Both the position numbers and the translations under genes were made by a program. A model generated the notes under the pieces. It did no database searches. It saw nothing but the letters and a program-made list of their open reading frames with translations, and was not told the DNA's origin. From an uncultured Gemmatimonadales bacterium (lineage in GTDB: Bacteria > Gemmatimonadota > Gemmatimonadetes > Longimicrobiales > Gaopeijiaceae): a DNA stretch of 64,000 bases. The DNA lies in the NCBI GenBank assembly GCA_963823035.1, contig CAWGKG010000023.1, forward strand, positions 160,001 to 224,000, read 5' to 3'. Below, one piece after another: positions 61,430 to 64,000 of this stretch (position 1 is its first letter; each line of letters starts with the position of its first letter).

Positions 61430-62317
61430 ATGGTCCCCGCGATCCAGCACTTCCACGTCTTCCTCGCGGTCTGCGAGGAGGGAGGCTTCGGCGCCGCCGC
61501 TCGCCGCCTCCACATCACGCAGCCGGCCGTGAGCTACCGGATCTCCGAGCTCGAGCGCCTGCTCGGCGTGGAGGTGTTCGAGCGGCCCCGTCGGCCCCTG
61601 ATCCTGACGGCGGCCGGTCGGGAGCTGCTGAGCGTGTGCAAGGGCACGCTCACGGAGCTGCAACGCAGGGTACGCGGTCTCCCGGACGGGGGAGCGCACG
61701 CGGACGAGCCCATCCGCATCGCGGCGTCCGGAGCCATCGGGCGCTTCGTGCTCTTCCCGATCCTCCTTCGTCCCGCCTTCCGCTCCCTTCCCTATCGGCT
61801 CCTCTTCCGCCACCCGGACAAGATCCTCCGCCTCGTGGAGACGGGTGCGTCCGACCTGGGCTTCGTGTACGAGACCCAGGGCCACCACCACCCTCCAGTT
61901 CCACGAGGCGTGCCGCGAGGAGTTCGTCCTCGTGCGCGCCCCGGACCTCCCGTTGCCGGGCGAAGACATCGACGCGCTGGCCTCCGCTTGCCCCGTTCGT
62001 CACGTACGAGGAGTGCGACTACGTCTTCGGGCGGTGGTTCGACGCCGTCTTCGGCGCGGGCGCACCCCACCGGGATTCGCAGCGCGAGCCATTTCGACCG
62101 GCTGGAGGAGGTCCTCGCCATGACGCGGCTGGGCCGCGGCCTGACCGTGGTGCCCGACCACGCGGTCCGCGACGACCTGGCCGCCGGGCGGCTCGTGCGG
62201 GTGGACGTCGAGGGCCGGGGTTCCCGTTGAACCCCGACTATCTGGTCACGCGCCCGGGGTACAGGATGCGCCCGGAGGTCGAGGCGATCCTCGCGGCGCT
62301 GTCGCGGGAGGGGATGA
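61430..62317 (+). CDS. LysR family regulator (about 3 frameshifts; end approximate)
   Basis: HTH GGFGAAARRLHITQPAVSYRISELERLLGVEVFER...LTAAG; DLGF; GRGLTVVP. Confidence 0.85.
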
Positions 62318-62359
62318 GCCGGGCCGACGACCTGCAAGGACGACCCAACGTCCCGCCGG

Positions 62360-64000
62360 TCAGAACACCCGTATCTGGAAGCGCAGCAGCCGCCCCGCCC
62401 GCGGCAGGCCGCAGGAGTCGTAGAGCGCCGTGTTCGACAGGTTCAGCCCGGACACGCTCGTCTCGAGGCCGGCCCGTGCCGCCCCGCGGCGAAAGCGACC
62501 ACACCTTCGACAGCACGGCGTTGAGCCAGGAGCCGCCGTCGAGCCGCACGTCCTCTCCGCTGTTCGGATCGATGCAGTACTGCGCGCCGGTGTACTCCGC
62601 CTCGAACGTGCTCGTCAGACCCGCCGAGCGGGAGCCTCAGGAAGGCGCTCCCCGAGCGCTCGGGCACGTTCTCCGGGTGGATGTTGACCGGGTGCTCGGG
62701 TCGATGAGGTCGACCGACTGCAGCGTCATCTCGCCGCCGACGTCGACCCGCCCAGCGACTGCGAGAAGAGCATCTCCACGCCGAGGCTCGTGAGCTCGTC
62801 GGAGTTCACGCGCTTGCGCATGCGGTCGGGGAGCGAGATGCGCCGGATCGCGCCGTCGAGCGCGTGGCGGAAGCCGACGACCTGGAGCTCACCCGTCGCC
62901 GACGCGGGAGGTGACGCCCGCCTCGACCGCGAAGAGGTGCTCGGGCTTCAGCTCGGGGTTGGGCACGAAGCGGTTGAGCGCCTCCGAGAAGCTCTCGCGC
63001 AGCGCGGGGAAGCGACCCCGCCGGCTCGCGCCGGCGTGCAGCATCGTGTTGCCGCCGTTGACCAGGGCGGAGAGGCCGACGCGGGCGCCCCAGTCGTCGA
63101 TCGTCGGCAGCGGCTCGAGCCCGCCGGTGAGCGGCGTCGTGCCCCGGTCGTAGGCACCGCCGAAGCTGAGGCGCAGCCCGCTCAGGCCGGCCCGGGTCGG
63201 TCGATCAGCCGCCACACGGTCTCGGCGGCGGCGCTGAAGAGCTTCTGCTCGAACGCCCGGAACTCGTCGTCGACCGTCTCGTCGTGGCGGATGTCCGCGT
63301 AGGTGATCGACGAGCGGAAGTCGCCACGCGAGCCCAGCGTGTGGTCGCCGAGCACGCGCATCGACAGCGTCCGGTCGTCCCCGTCCTCGTAGCCGGCGAT
63401 CTCGTCGTAGGCCCGGGACGTGTACGAGCGGATGTCCGTCTTGCCGACGTCGTAGCCGACGGTGGCCTCAAGGTCGCCGCGCCCGGCTGCGGTCGTGCGC
63501 TCGCCCGTGCCCACCGAGGCCGCGACGATCGTGCGCCGGATGTCCGGATAGCGCCAGAAGCGCGGCTCGTCCGCGCCCAGCTCGGCCGCGATCCCCCGTC
63601 GGCCCTTGTGGCTCGCCGCCGAGACGCTCGCCCACGCGCCCCCGTCGGACGCGTAGCGGAAGCCGAGGAAGCCGTCGACGTTCGTGAAGTCCGTGTTGAG
63701 CCGGAGGCCGTCTCCGGTGTCGATCGGCTCGGTCACGTCGCCGGGGAGGGTCACGCCGGGGCTGTCCCGGAAGCCGGCCCCGCAGCACCACGCCCCGCCC
63801 GCCTCCGGTCGTGAACGGTACCGTCGCGTCGGCGCCCGTTCCGTACCCGCCGACGTTGTCGAACATGGCCGTGAACGAGAGGGAGCGGCCCGCCGGAAAG
63901 GAGGTCCCGCGCGCGGCGTTCATCTCGACCACGCCCCCGAGCACGTTGGGTCCGTGCAGGAGGGTGGACATCCCCCGCACGAAGGTGACTTCGCGGATCG
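62360..64000 (-). CDS. TonB-dependent receptor, 5'-truncated by the window edge, with several frameshifts
   Basis: Plug end RGMSTLLHGPNVLGGVVEM; RFPALRE...PNPELKPE; C-terminal LRFQIRVF with the stop at 62360-62362. Confidence 0.8.

Noticed and set aside
3121..62317. Programmed ribosomal frameshifting or mass pseudogenisation
   Set aside because: The breaks show no shared slippery motif and hit unrelated genes with intact active sites. Sequencing error is the simpler explanation.
1..64000. tRNA, rRNA, prophage, integrase, transposase or defence genes
   Set aside because: No recognisable signatures were found by eye.

Overview
Very GC-rich bacterial chromosomal DNA holding about 47 genes. I found no rRNA, tRNA, CRISPR array, prophage or transposase. 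The gene mix (TonB receptor, PEP-CTERM protein, Ser/Thr kinase-ECF pair, many lipoproteins, TolB/TPR protein) suggests a diderm such as Gemmatimonadota; this is inference only. Roughly 30 or more single-base frameshifts are spread over unrelated genes. They look like uncorrected long-read errors, so these genes are called CDS rather than pseudogenes, and their breakpoints are approximate. Recognisable blocks: (1) mtnA plus class II aldolase, divergent from an MTA/SAH deaminase; (2) a Ser/Thr kinase-TPR plus ECF sigma pair; (3) a LytS/LytTR system with a downstream 21-bp-phased binding site; (4) a four-gene operon with its own promoter: Pro/Gly-rich unknown protein, B12-radical SAM, SAM methyltransferase, PhyH-type dioxygenase; (5) a porin, small binding protein and MCP triad; (6) a Bacillus-type fadR-fadN-fadA-fadE operon with a perfect operator and a 167-bp MITE at the fadN stop codon; (7) a tightly packed GH127-creatininase-M15-MpaA-SpmAB operon; (8) GH2, GH13 and GH172 glycosidases, a PEP-CTERM trypsin, a PQQ dehydrogenase/LysR pair and a partial TonB receptor. 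The best candidate for an undescribed system is the radical-SAM operon at 24817-28704.
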